A stretch of 64,000 bases of DNA from Bugula neritina. Its lineage: Eukaryota; Animalia; Bryozoa. Positions 1 to 17,584 of the stretch are shown here, piece after piece (positions within the stretch are counted from its first letter, which is position 1; every line of letters begins with the position of its first letter). The stretch lies in NCBI GenBank assembly GCA_964035545.1, contig OZ037773.1, positions 5,423,751-5,487,750 on the forward strand. Reading direction: 5' to 3'. Under the pieces are notes generated by a model. The model saw only the letters and a list, made by a program, of their open reading frames with translations. It made no database searches and was not told the DNA's origin. The position numbers and the translations under genes were made by a program.

Positions 1-160
1 AAGAACTTGTTGATACATTACTCTCAACATATTGCTGAATGACAAAGTGATTGCAAATGGCAAAGTGTTGTTTATTTACTTGTTGTGCCCGTCTCTCTCA
101 TGGAGTTGCTAGAAGTAAGTCTCGCATTGCAGTCACCTTTTACTTGTTGTTATTTTGTAG

Positions 161-2378
161 AACTTGGAGTCGGCCTGGGATAATGGCATGTACGTGTGGA
201 AAATAGACAAATACAGGCAAAAGAAACTGCAAGCCGTTCGCTATGAGGGGCGGTTTGAGATGAGCCCCTCCTTCTTCTCTAAGAAATATGGCTACAAGAT
301 GTGCTGTAAAGTTAGTTAACCAGTTGTTTGGGAATTATTTATTTAACAGCTTTATGAATGTTTTGAGAGTTATGACTACGAGTGAAATTATACTAGTACT
401 GAAGCAAGTCTTTCTTAGTCAGTTCTAAATCCCAAATCAGTATACAGAATGTTGATGTATATCTATTTTATAACATTTTATAAAGATAATAGTCTATTTA
501 CTGACTTGGGATTTTCAATCAGAACTCGTTTTGCTATAAAATTTGGTGCTTGAAATTTTTTGACTTGAGTTGCTTAAATCATTCACTGAAGCAGTGACTT
601 GACTTAATTGACGTGCTGCAAAATTTTTGAGGCTTTTGCAAATCAAAGTAACAAGTTATCTAATTTAATTTTGAGCACCTACAGCAAGAATTTTTGTCTG
701 GTACATCACTTAGCCTAAAACTTATATAGCTACTGACTTGACTTGACTTTTACTCATGTCGGCTTTCAAGTTGAAGTATTGAGTTTTAACAATTAAAATC
801 AGATTTAAAAAGTAACAACTTTCACCCCAACACTTTAGAGTGTAGAAGGGTTTAAAACTTCTGAAACTTTTGAAACTAACCATGAAGTCACACACAAAAT
901 ATAGAGGCACGCTTAACTGTTTAAACAATTTCGTACCTACATTTTACACCCCAATAATAAGGCAAGATTTACACCTCACACTTAACAGCTACGATGACTT
1001 CTTATGTAAAACATTTTTGTTTTCTTTCAATAATCCGTAGAGAGGTGAGGTAGAGGAATGATTGTAACTTCAAGTTGTTTCATTTGATTAACAAATTTTA
1101 TTCAAATTGATTGAATTCTACTGCAAAATTCAAAGTTAATAGTTTGTGTCAAATACTAAGGATTAAGCACTTTATGTGATATAAAGGTCATAAGTTATTT
1201 ACGTTGTGCTCCTCTAATGCTGCTGGCATACAGCTTAGCCTCAGTGCCTACCATCACCCTTGTTATTTCTTCATCAAACAGGCTTATCTTAATGGACATG
1301 AAGGTGGCAGAGGCCAGTATCTCAGTCTTTACTTCGTCTTGATGAGAAGCGAATTTGATGACATTCTCGAGTTTCCATTCAATCAGAGGATCACTTTCAA
1401 GTTGTTGGCTCCACAAAGGTGGTGGTTAAACAAAGAAGAGACGATTTTGGTAAGTGATTTGCTCAGATGAGCATTGACTTTCATGTATTTCCCAGCATTT
1501 GCCTTGTGAATCTGTAGTAGGTGCAGTAATAGAGAAATTGAGTAAAGCCTGTGTTCTAGATTAGAAATGTAGCATAAGAAGTTATGTTCTCGCTATAAAT
1601 TCAGCCTGCGCCCCAAACAAACATTTGATAATAAAATTAGAGAACTTGGGGTATCTCAATTTCTCCACTACTGCTCCTAAATGGTAAGTCTGTATCTGCA
1701 AATAATGTATTGTTTAGTGGAATTTGGTATACAGTCACAGTCAATGGCTGCTTAATATAAGGACAATAATAAAGTGAGAAAAACAAAGGTAGTAGAAACA
1801 AACGATTCAAACCTATGTAATCAATATCAGTCAACTTCAGTCAACTTTTGTCCTTGTCTGCTCACTATTTACTTGTACTAGATGGTTGGATGTAACCTTT
1901 TGATGTAACTTGTAACAATTATATACTGTGTCAGCATGAAAGGAAAGGAATTTATTTTTAAAAAATTGCTTAAAGTTTTGCTGTAAAACAAAAATTATTT
2001 CACATTTCCTAGCATCATTTCAACAAAAATATTTACACCTTGTTTTAAAATAGCTAGTAGTATTATGCTGTTCATATTTACATTTGCTTTTTGTTTGTCA
2101 ATTCCAATTACATTACACGAGACTTTTCTGGTGAGTTTAGTAACTTCTCAGTTAGATCTCTACCAAGTATGTCATGAATCCTCACAGTTTTTATATTGTT
2201 ATATACAATGTACTTTCAGCCTGATCCAGACAGCTCATCCTTCAGACGGCCTCAGACTGAAATGAATATTGCGAGTGGTTGTCCCCAGTTTGCTCTTCAT
2301 GCTGATGTTGAGTCAAGTAATTTTCTTATCAATGACTGTATTTATGTTCGAGTCAGTGTAGAACCTTCTAGAGCCTAG
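161..2378 (+). CDS. TNF receptor-associated factor (TRAF2/3-like), C-terminal MATH domain exons; 5' part lies upstream of the window
   Basis: GT-AG exons 161-310 (NLESAWDNGMYVWKIDKY...SPSFFSKKYGYKMCCK), 1282-1449 (AYLNGHEGGRGQYLSLYFVLMRSEFDDILEFPFNQRITFKLL...) and 2220-2378 (PDPDSSSFRRPQTEMNIASGCPQF...stop) join in frame and carry the TRAF-C/MATH motifs. Confidence 0.93.
1518..1679. mobile_element. Short non-autonomous DNA transposon (MITE), family A copy 1
   Basis: Imperfect terminal inverted repeats TAGGTGCAGTAATAGAGAAATTGAG / CTCAATTTCTCCACTACTGCTCCTA. The internal sequence (TGTGTTCTAGATTAGAAATGTAGCA...) matches the copy at 32175-32326. Confidence 0.7.
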
Positions 2379-2443
2379 TTGTGCACACTGATCAGTCTTA
2401 GCATGATTTGGCAGATGCACACGGCACATCAGTTATTCACTTT

Positions 2444-2610
2444 ATCACTATCACTTGGAATTACTAATCACTATGATTTGGAGTCACTATCACTTAGAAT
2501 CATTAATCACTATGACCTGGAGTCACTATCACTTGGAATTACTAATCACTATGACTTTGAGTCACTATCACTTAGAATCACTAATCACTGTCACTCCAAG
2601 TCACTAATTC
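2444..2610 (+). repeat. 39-bp minisatellite (~4 copies) in the TRAF 3' UTR
   Basis: Unit ~TCACTATCACTTGGAATTACTAATCACTATGATTTGGAG repeated in tandem. Confidence 0.85.
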
Positions 2611-4864
2611 AACCATATTCACCTTATTCACTTAATCAATCACTGTGACTCACTCATTCACTCGGTTTCGTTCAACTTTTACTGCTAGTTTAGGTCCTTC
2701 GACTTTCACAACTTCTGTTACTCTTATACAATCAACCTAAATTGGTATATTTATCTTTGTGATTCACCTATTTATTTCATCTTATATGCCTCCTGATTAT
2801 TGGGAGTTACCTAAAGTGTGTGTTTGTGTGAGTTTGATATTAAGTTCTCCTGGACCAACAGCTAACCAATGACAGGTAAGGTAACTGATGAGGTTCACAT
2901 TAGTGCAAATGTCTACAGTTTATTTTTACCTGTATATTTACAGTTGGAATTACGTGACAGTTTCTTGATTTCCAAGAGCAGGTAACTTCATAAATGTTTA
3001 TATTATGTTGATGTACATTAACTAACTGGGAAATGCTAACCTGTACAACTTGCATGCAAAGCCATCGTTATTTTATGTTACTCACCACTGCTCTGGGTGT
3101 CGGAGTGGGGCAGGTGGTTCACGGTTCCAGCTGTATAATTTCTGGTAAAATACTTTACCAAGCTACGCATTTCATTCTATAAGATTTCCTTGAACCAAGA
3201 CTTAGAATACAGCCTGCTGTGTAGTGCATTGCATTAGCAAGGCAAACCGGAAGAATGATTATTTTTCAAGGTTGCTGCCCAAAGCTATTGCTATTTGAAA
3301 ATGCTGCTGTGTTCCTCAGCTCACTTATCTGTGTGTAGTTGTGTTCTCCTGGTTCCCTGTTGCATATCCATCTAGTGGGGTGTTTAGGGGTACATAACTC
3401 CTGTAGTATTTTAGCCTGCCTCATGTGCTTCTGCCAAGTCATGGTTAGTTCTGACTGTGTGCATAATGCATGTTCTGTATGGTTTGTAATTGTCTCCCCT
3501 AAGTTTATGATTAGCTTGTGACCTTTGCCCAATTGCTTTAGCTAGTGGAGACCTGCCTACTCGACCCTTTACTCTGATATGATAGTTACGGTGTTTTAAT
3601 ATCTCCCCCTCTCCGGATATTTTATGTTTTGTTGCTGTTAATGTATCATATTCCTATCTTTCAGTTAGCTATATGATACTGTGAGTTTAGAAAAGTTGCA
3701 AGAAAATAATTGATGAGTAAATGGTGGCCACGGGAAGGCATCCCTTTTATAGCTAAAGCATTCAGTGGTGCCAAGGCTATGCATTTTAATACTATTTCTA
3801 GCTAGCAAATATCTCTATTTTTACTTCTTTCTATTTTTCTTTAGACATATTTTTATAATTACTATTGACTGTTCTATTTTCTGTGTGAGCAAAGATCAAA
3901 CTAATAAACTATTGATTTTAAATATTGATATTTTTTATTGATTTTCATCTAATACAGTTAATAATGAACTGTAGCAACGCAATACTTCCTTGCAGCAAAT
4001 TAGCCTTCAAATGTACTCACATATATCTCCACATAATATTGATATATTAATAGACAAAGTTAGTTGCTGCATTCATAAATGGCCTGCATTCCTAAATGCA
4101 CCTAAAATTCCCACCAATAAAATGAAACCAATCTTGTATATGAAAGGTTTGTAAACATTTAACACTACAATTTATATACACAAATGTAAACTATGGATAA
4201 CAGTATAAACAGTTACAATACACATTATTATTGCAAATTTAATATACACTACGTGCAGTTAAAGTATTTTGCTAGTTTTATAGCATTGTTTTAATTACTA
4301 TATTTAAAGCCTTGGGTTTGGTCATGTAGTGGAATGGAAGTTGTGTGTTAAAAGTAATCTACTTACTCTTTCAAACATTCACTACATGTTAGCAATTATG
4401 TGTTCCATGCAATTGTGGAATTCTTCTGGGACAACTGATTAATATTTTTATAGGAGTTATAGAGTATATATAACTCACACATCGAGTGTTATATGTTTTA
4501 TATTTTGTCTTGGAAAGTGATGCTTTTTAATTGAATAAAATAAATACAGTTATAATGAATGCGTGTTGGTCAATTTTTATAGAAAATTTAGCAAAATAGA
4601 ATATATAGTATTAAAAATGATAATATATAGTATGTAATAATAAGATATGTATAACGATATATAGTAGTACCATGAATAATAATAATAATATATTAATTAT
4701 ATAAAACAATAATAGATATATAATAATATATGGCTATATAGTAATAAAGCATTTGTTATGGTATACCAAAAACACAACACGGTGATATAAAGTAACACAT
4801 AGTAATATTATATGGAAGTAATATATAACAACATAGCAATATATGATTATGGCAGGATAACTCT

Positions 4865-8909
<4,045 letters not shown>

Positions 8910-10607
8910 TTTAGATGAGTAAAAATCAGCCTAAAGTTTTCAAATAGTAATCTAGTTTTCCATCACTTTCATAGTATGTGTCAACATAGTTTAAAGTCAA
9001 GTACATTAATTATCAATCTACTTTTAAATTGTAAGGCACATGAGAGTCTTTATAAATAGTCATCTAGATAACAACAAATATAAGTATATAACATATTTTT
9101 CTTGTCAACTGTTACATGCCATCATAGTTTTATAATTGAAAATAAATCTCATTATGAAACATGTACAGTTTATTTTAATTCAAAACTGCATAGTAGGTAC
9201 TACTAACATATTAAACATATTATTATCAATGTATTATCTGTTGACTTGCACAAAATATTTAAATATAAAAACTTATTTTGCTTTCAATACCAACAACTTG
9301 AAAAATTCTAACTAATTCATATATTTTTAAGTTGCTAGTTGAATTAAACAAACATCTTATGTTTATTAGGGTTACATAAAGAACCTTACCTACTTTCTTG
9401 TTTGTATACTCTTTTCCTATCTTTTGTTGTTTTGCTTTTCCTAATTTTCTAATCTTCACCTGCAGGTATAGTGCTTACACTTGAACAATGGCGGACTTGG
9501 TGACTACCTCTGTTTCTTCTGAGCATTAGAAACTTGAAACATTTTAATTATATTCATGGAGGAGATCCAATTAACTTTCTCCAATGGTGATTGGTAAAAA
9601 ATTGCATGACGGTTGTATTATAAGGGTGTGACCTTTAGCTTGAGTACCTAACAGAATGTAGTACAGACAACTTGAGGGGTGGCTCATGTAGCCACTATCT
9701 AGAGAAGTCATGGGCCATGGTTATGTTTTAGCATAATAAAACAGTTGATGTGCGTAAAGGAGAAATTTTTAGATTTAAAGAAGTTCATTAGTATCAATGC
9801 AGTTAATAAGATCATAGTAGCAATCTAAAATTAGAATTTTTGCCCTCTTTTACATAAATTAAAATGACACCAAGAACAATTAACTTAATTATAATATATT
9901 ATGAAGGTACAGCGCAGTCTAGCTTCTACACTTCTACACTTTCGAGCAATAATGCTTTTAAAGCTGTAACAGCACAGCAGTTGGATTTCCCCAACAGAAA
10001 AGCATCATGCTATGGAGCTATAAAGGAACTTTCGACACTACAGTGTTAGCTTCTGATGAGTCATATAAGCCAACAACCACTTCCATGTAGGCAATTGTGA
10101 TTTCAAATTCATTAATTGTAACCAATTTTGTGTCAACGTGTAACCAATGACCATAGAAGTACAATATCCCACATGATTTCTTATATCACAGTCCTTTTCC
10201 AATCAATCCAGAACTCATACTGGCTACTGCTGGAAACACATTATTAGACTATACATATTTTTAGTGCTTTACAAGCCACACTACTGAGCATGTAACACTT
10301 GTAGCCAGGATATGCAGCCCAGTCTTTAGCAAGTCTCTGTAAACCACAACACTTGGCATAGCATGAACAATGTGTTCAAATAACTCTATTTTGTGTATAA
10401 AATAGACTTCAGTATGTTATAGGAGAAATATATATATTTATCACATAAACAAATGGATTATGTACAAAAAAGTGCAGTTAACAGTTGACCAAATGAAGGT
10501 TTATAAATAAATCATGAATGACAAATAATTTTATCAGCTTAATTTATTTAAAAATATAATTTCTTAAGCTATGTACATATAGAGATTATCATGATTGCCG
10601 GGTTTAA

Positions 10608-13600
10608 TTATGCTTCGGGTTCCCCAAATCGTCTCTGAAAGTCTTTCATGAAGTCAGCTAATTTTAGAGCGTGTTCTACTGGCACTGCATTGTACAGAGA
10701 GGCTCTGATCCCACCAACCGATCTGTAATATTAAAGCATAATCGTGAACTTAGGATTATTTGCACAACAAATTATTTTCAAACAGTTATGTCAACATATA
10801 CTTCTGATACCACCAAATTTACACAGAAGAAAAATATGAAATTCAATACATAATCTGAAGACAGATTATAGAGAAAATGCTTTTCGTAACCATGGCGATA
10901 AATAATCAAGTTTGAGTAACAAACACTGAAGGTTGGAAGGTCTTTCTTTTGAAGCTTTAAACGGATTACATCAATATTAAAACAGTGACCTGTTGCCATG
11001 GGACATAAAAAGATTGCTGGCTCTTATCTTCACTAAAACTTGGTTAGTTTACTGGTTGCCATGACAATACCATTGAATATTAAACTAGACTATTTGAAAT
11101 GTTACTCAAATTCAACAATTACTTTTCAGCTGTCACAGTTTTAGGTGAGAAAATAAATTCCACTTCAAAAAAGTTCTCTTCACTACATATCCTAGCAACT
11201 ATCACCATTGATGCAATAATACTGACCTATGACCCTTCAACTATCACTATATATACAACAACACTAACCTATGACCCTTCAACCATCACCATATATACAA
11301 TAACACTGACCTATGACCCTTCAACTGAATCATGTGAAGGTTCTGAGCTTCTTCTAGAAATTTCTTCTCAAGATTCTCATTTCCATTTGATCCTCCAATC
11401 CTGAATGTCACATTCATTCTGCTTCTGTGTTCTTTATCCACAGCACAGCTGTTGGTTAACAAAACAAACAATTTTAGAAAATGATTAACCAATTCCCTAA
11501 AGCTACCCTCTTCAAATTTTATCATACTTTATTTTAATGTTTTTCAATGAACTTCAACTGGGCACTGCATTGCAATTAGTTGGCAGGATGATTTGTACAA
11601 TATAATAGTTGTTTGCTCGTGGAGAATCTACTTCTAAGAGAAGATAACTCCAAAAAATTACTAGCTTTGGTCATTAGCTGCATTTTTACTATTAGAACAT
11701 ACATCTAGTCTATATGATGACAAACACAATCTAGATTTTACTCATAGGATGTACTGCATAGGTTATGCTATTAGAGTATACATTATCAACTCACTGATAA
11801 AATTCGTTGGAGTTATCGATAATATCGTACAGCGCCGAGGATTTCAAGTTTGATTTTTCTGCCATTGTTTCTATTCCACCGTGCGTCTTCAACCACTCAA
11901 ACACCAACCCACACATGTATATGCTACAAGTATCGCGAATCTCATCACATAACTGTTTGATAAAAGAAGATAATATAATAAAGGCCTACAAATGCACTGA
12001 ATTATTGCACATCTTTTAAATGATGGAAGTTTTGTTACTGCAAATTGCATTTTGAAGCAACCTTGTAGGGTTGCTTTAGTTTGATTTACAGAAAAAGTTT
12101 TACTAAATAAAAATGATTTCTAAATTTATGCTAATGCAACGAACAACTGTAAATATTCCAGGACACGCGATAATCTAGACATATGATAGGGAGATAACTC
12201 TACATACCCATAACAGGGTGGTGTGTTGTAGAGGGAGTTGTTGGCAGCCAGGATCTTATAGTCGAGTACAGCGGGGGTGCTGGGCATAGCCCGACCTAAG
12301 AGATCTTCTCTTATGATCACCACAGTCACTCCTGCAGGACCCACATTCTTTTGAGCACCAAAGTAGATAACTCCGTACTACAACATAATAATTTACACCA
12401 CCATGTACAAGAGAACATAAATTAAACAAAAATGTTACAAGAGAACACAACTTCAAACTACATTGTAATATATATATAACCTTTGAGCTCAAAACCTTCG
12501 GAAAATGACCTACTTTTGAAATGTCGAGCTCTTTAGACAGGATGTTGGAGGACATGTCGGCTACGACAGGTATGTCGGGGTTGTGACTTGGGGGTTCCTG
12601 GAACTCGACACCGTGCACGGTCTCGTTGGCACAGTAGTAGATGTAGGAGGCGTCATTGTCTAGGTTCCAGTGGTTAACGTGAGGGACTCCTGTAGAACAG
12701 AATACATTCAGTGAAATGAGGAGGAAAATTATAGAATTTACGTAATGGTAGCAAGAGAGCTCTTGCATAACACATTGTTATAATAAAATGCTTAACAAGT
12801 AGTTTTGGAATTATCTTCTCATACAAAAATGCAACATTTGATGGCATATAATCCTAAATCTGCCTGAGATGCAATAACATCTTACAAAGATCACACAACT
12901 CCAAAAATCAGTAAGAATATGGAGACGGGTACTGATAACTCCCGACATACCTTTGAACTGTTTTGTGTGGGGGAGAACGTAATTGACTTTGCCGTATTTT
13001 TCTGCCTCTTTGGCAGCCTTCTGAGACCAAGTGCCTGTGACAAAATAGTCAGCAGAGTGGTTGGGTTTCAGTCGCATCAGATTCATTGCGACAGCAGCAA
13101 ACTGACCAGTGCCGCCACCTTGCACGAACAGCACCTTGTAGTTGGACGGAATATCTCTAAAATAAACCAACAGATATAAAGGAAGCTGTAGTCTATGTAG
13201 TGTTGAGTTGACCCAGTGGTGTAATGGTTAACACACTTGCTTTCATGCCAAAGGTCTCAGGTTCGAATCCCAGTGGGGGCCGATGTCTTTTTCCATAGTT
13301 GATATGTACAGGAGCAAATAACTACTGCATACAATTGATAAGCATAGATAAATAATTTTAGATATATATTATATCAAAAACTTACAGAAGATCTTGTAGG
13401 TTATTTATAGCTTGGGTAAGTATTTGTGTGAAGTCTGCTGATCTGTGACTCATTTCTGCAAAATAAACACAAACCTAGAATCTAAACTCAGCAAAAGTTG
13501 TTATGGAAAGTTATTCTAGAGTCATTTCTAAACACTTACCCATCACACTGATTCCAGTACCATTGAAGTTCAGCATCTCAGACTGAGCTTTCTGCAGAAC

Positions 13601-14197
13601 CTAAAACATTCAAGAAGAATCACTTGAGTAAATATGTCTAGTATTCAATCGATCAAAAAATCAAGAAGTTATATAACTATAATTATAGCTATAAGCACTT
13701 AGTGAGAGTCTAAATAGTAAATTATAGTCATGTGGTCTTGGAAGTTTTCAAAATTGTTCTAAAATAAATTCGTATAGTGATGGTAGTTTTGATCAAATTA
13801 TTAGCTAGTAGTAGCCATTAGCTAACATCAACATGGTCGATACGCATAACAACTTGGACTTGGTAATCGATCGGGCCAAGACTAGCGATAGGTTACTGAT
13901 TACTATAGAAGGACTAGTGTGCAGTAACTATGAGCACGCAGTATTTTTGCAATACGTAGTCGTACGGCATCTATCACTATGATATTGGACATCAACATGG
14001 CCCAAGTTTAACTTAAATTGGGACAAATACAATAGTCAATACTATAATAATAATTATTAAATTAATAATATTAGTATCTCTACTACTAGTGATGACAATT
14101 AGTGAATTACTCGAAAAGAATGGAGTCTTACCTCGAGCGGTAGTGCACTTGGTCCTGCTGCAAAGTTGAGCTTTCGGCCATGAGGTAAATGAGCCAT
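10608..14197 (-). CDS. PSAT1: Phosphoserine aminotransferase
   Basis: Nine GT-AG exons: 14197-14132, 13600-13540, 13455-13386, ~13156-12951, ~12689-12514, ~12378-12208, ~11923-11796, ~11448-11311, 10722-10608. Motifs [46 protein letters not shown] (PLP lysine), [14 protein letters not shown] and [17 protein letters not shown]. Confidence 0.97.
11200..11325. repeat. 42-bp tandem triplication containing the PSAT1 exon-8 end and 5' splice site
   Basis: On the minus strand GTTGAAGGGTCATAG|GT(C/T)AGT recurs with donors at 11310, 11268 and 11226. Confidence 0.9.
13210..13292 (+). mobile_element. tRNA-derived sequence (SINE head or tRNA pseudogene) in a PSAT1 intron
   Basis: A box TGGTGTAATGG, B box GGTTCGAATCC, then a T5 run. 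Acceptor and anticodon stems pair poorly. Confidence 0.6.
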
Positions 14198-16099
14198 GTT
14201 GCTGTTTAGTTATTGTATGGTGGTTTCTGGTAGCTTCAAGGCGCTGTGCTGTGTAAGAATGCCCGTTATGGAGTGAGTCACTTACACTCACTCAACTGTA
14301 ATTAAATAAAAGAGACCATGTGCTTGAAGCGTGATTTGGCGCTATCATGACTGGCAATTCTGCTATTTTCAACCAATCAATACAAAGCTTCGATCGTTGC
14401 CAGGCAACAACATACAAGCAGAGTCGTTCGTTCCTTGATGCTCCTCCCACACATCACGCCCCAGGGTAAATAGAATTTTCCGCTACCATTTGCACTTCAA
14501 ACTGTTCATAAAAAGCATAATTTTACCCTTGTACCCTTACTAGTCAGTGTGATTGCAACACTTGAATGGCAATAACTATGCAATCCGAGTTGTGCAAATT
14601 TTACATGCAAGAAAAAGTGGTTGTCAAATTGTAAATGGTGTACCAATTGCAGAATTGTACATGACTAGGTTGTTGTGGCTTTTGCACTTGAGTGAAAACA
14701 AAATAAATTCAGAAAGGCCTTATGCCATATAATTAATATAAAACTCCATTCTTGCTTGTCCATGCTACAAACTGACATATTTGTCCCTAAGAACCAACAT
14801 ATACTGTAAAAGATGCCCCATTCAAACCTCTTGCACAAAGCTAGCCGAGCTGAGCATATAAGATAGGGGGGGGGGGGGGGTTGCTAATGCTGAGTGATGG
14901 TAGTGCCTGGTACAGCAACCAAGGCTATTAAGTAGACCTGGTTTAACTTCTGTACTACTTGCTCACAACTGACTAATCACTCAACTTTCTAGCAAAAGGA
15001 GAAAATTTAAAAATATGCAGACTTCAATTTTGTGCTCAGCTTAGGTTTTGTGGAGGGTTTGAGTTCCAAATGAATGCATATGTTGGAACATTTAGCAGAC
15101 CATTTATATATCTTGTGCTTACTTAACATTCAATCCAAGCTTCTGTTTAATAATATTTCAAGTCAACAAAACCATTGCATGCTTATTGATGATTCCAATA
15201 GCAATTAAAGAAATTTGAGTTCAAACTGAAAAGTTGTCTAGATGAAAAAAGAATTCCATGTGAAACCAGAAGTGTGTTTTTACAGATTTTATATTTTGCA
15301 TTTTGAAATGGTGTTTCTGTATCATTTAGATTGTACATGCAATAAAAAATATTGTATATGTATATAGTATATGGAAGTATATAATTATGTTATATTATAT
15401 TATTGTATTTGTATAACATTATGTTTATAATTATATATATATGATAGTACATTATTATTATTCGCATTGTACAACAAAGCAATTTAAAAAAACCATTCGA
15501 ATAAAGTATTTTAAGTTAATATGATGAACTCACACTCAAAATCAAGAGACAAGTCCAATATGCCAAAACTGCTGATACTACATACAAAAAATAGTGGGCT
15601 TTGAAGAATCTTATTACATTTTTAAAATAATCATTACTTCAAATATTTTAAATATTTAACAAAATAAAATGTGTCACTGTGTAAGGATGAACCTAGCATG
15701 GAGCTTGTAACGAATCCGTATTCTGCAAATATATATAAAAACTATTTAATTATAACTGTTAAATATTAGTTTAATAGCAATAAAAGAAAAACCCATCATA
15801 TATCCTACAATAATATGATATTCGTGTAAATATAATATAATATTTTTGTCAAATATTAGAGCTGAAATATTTCTTAAGAAGACTACCCAGAATGCTCTTC
15901 AACAGCCTCAAATCTTAACTCTATTTCTGCAACATTTGATTGGTTTGTTTGGGAAGACAGGCTAGATTCTGGTTGCCAAAATTTGCAACTGAAACAAAAT
16001 TTTAAAAAATTCACTTGCATTTCAAATTTACATCCATGGGAGAGCTCTTGATAGTAGCCGTATTTAAGACATCTTCTACCCTTCACCATGCTGACAACA

Positions 16100-16222
16100 T
16101 GGTCCGTGGACTTTTGGTGCAGCTAACGAGGACATGATGGGATGCTCTTGCTAATATTACCAATGGCAAGGATTTGAACATGTGACCTGGCACACCAGGC
16201 CACCATTTAACCTTAGCTGCTT
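16100..16222 (-). mobile_element. Degenerate copy of the tRNA-derived SINE family
   Basis: Minus strand ...TGTTCAAATCCTTGCCATTGGTAATATTAGCAAGAGCATCCCATCA resembles GGCCATTGGTGATGTTAGGAAGAGCATCCAGTCA of the 62.5-kb copy. Confidence 0.5.
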
Positions 16223-16460
16223 CCCAAAATAGTTTGCAGAAATATCAGAATTGTGGTCTAGCTGTTACTTTGAGAATTGCAAATGTTATCGCGCTTGTTA
16301 CACCTTCAAATTGTGTTGCTTTAGAAGTTCGTAAGAAAACATCGCTAGTATAATTATTATACTGTGTGAAGAGTGGAAGAGTGAACTTTTTCATCAGCTA
16401 CTAACAAGAATTCACCCAGAAAGGACATTGCATCAGCCACACATTCCTTTGTAACTAATT

Positions 16461-17054
16461 CCTAATATGGGAGACTGGAAACTCTCATTAACCATTAAAT
16501 CCTAATAAGCATATTGCCGACAATTGTTACACTTGTTGTAGGACTGGGGACAGGCACAAATACCGCCCAAGTAGCTCTGACATCCAGTTTCTTAGGCTAG
16601 CGTCAAGCATTATCCTCCACCCAATAGAAATGATTAATGGACAAAGAACCATGCATTAGCCTGTCAAACTGCGGTTTTAATCTTTTATAATCACTGCCAC
16701 GGCACAGTTCCTAATATGGCACCATGGAAAAATTCAGTTTAGTTAAAATTCCTAATATGGGAGAGGCTTCTCTTCTCTGATTGGTCAGCCTTAATGCACG
16801 TATATAGACTAGGATTCACTAATTTCTTTCTTCCTAGCTTTGCATTTGAATAATTCAATTAGTAAGTTTCCTATACCATTGATCGGAGGCTATGCAGTGT
16901 ATCACGCACGCGAAGCATGCTTTCCAATACTGTTCACTGTAGCTTGTCTTTCCCTAATATGGGAGCTAGTTATTCCTAATATGGGAGAGTAGAGAAATCG
17001 CGACAGTTCCATTTTCCTAATATGGCACACAATACCATACTCTCTTATATAAAG
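16461..17054 (+). promoter_or_regulatory. Cluster of six identical CArG boxes (CCTAATATGG, SRF/MADS sites) ending in a TATA box
   Basis: CCTAATATGG at 16461, 16710, 16751, 16953, 16975 and 17016; near-match CCTAATAAGC at 16501; inverted CCAAT (GATTGG) at ~16779; TATATAAAG at 17046-17054. A further CArG (CCTAATAAGG) lies at 18215. Confidence 0.75.
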
Positions 17055-17492
17055 CCACATCTTAAGCTTACTTCACACCAGTATGCATACACTACTACTG
17101 GAGTATCTAGTGAGACTTCACAGATACAAAACCAACCGGACTTACATTTTTTATCATGCTAGAAGAATTAATATAGACTTTCAAATATCATTTGGAATAT
17201 TAAGTCATGCCTTGAAAGCATGGCTTAAATTATTTACTCAGTTGTAAAATTTTGGTTGTAAATGTTTACAGGTATGCCAATAATTGTCATGCACTGATTT
17301 CATGCTTTTAGTTGAGGAATTTTTTATCATGTGAATCTTACATCCAGGGTTTAGACTGCTTTGTGTTGGGATTATATTATTATGAATGGGAGATACTCTG
17401 AAGTTTCAATACTGATGTGTGGATTGAGGGCAAGTGGAATGTTAGGATACATGAAAGTAATGCTTATATATAATATGTATGTAGGCCTATAC

Positions 17493-17494
<2 letters not shown>

Positions 17495-17578
<84 letters not shown>
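17495..17578. repeat. (TA)n microsatellite
   Basis: Seen directly. Confidence 0.95.

Positions 17579-17584
<6 letters not shown>

Noticed and set aside
10053-10075. Other CTGATGA/CTGAAGA sites (2887, 10053, 10855, 56239) as hammerheads
   Set aside because: No stem II followed by GAAA.
13210-13282. Functional tRNA gene
   Set aside because: A and B boxes are present but the acceptor and anticodon stems do not pair properly; treated as tRNA-derived.
15883-16089. 68-aa ORF as the target of the CArG cluster
   Set aside because: No recognisable domain, it adjoins a decayed SINE, and the TATA box lies on the opposite side of the cluster.
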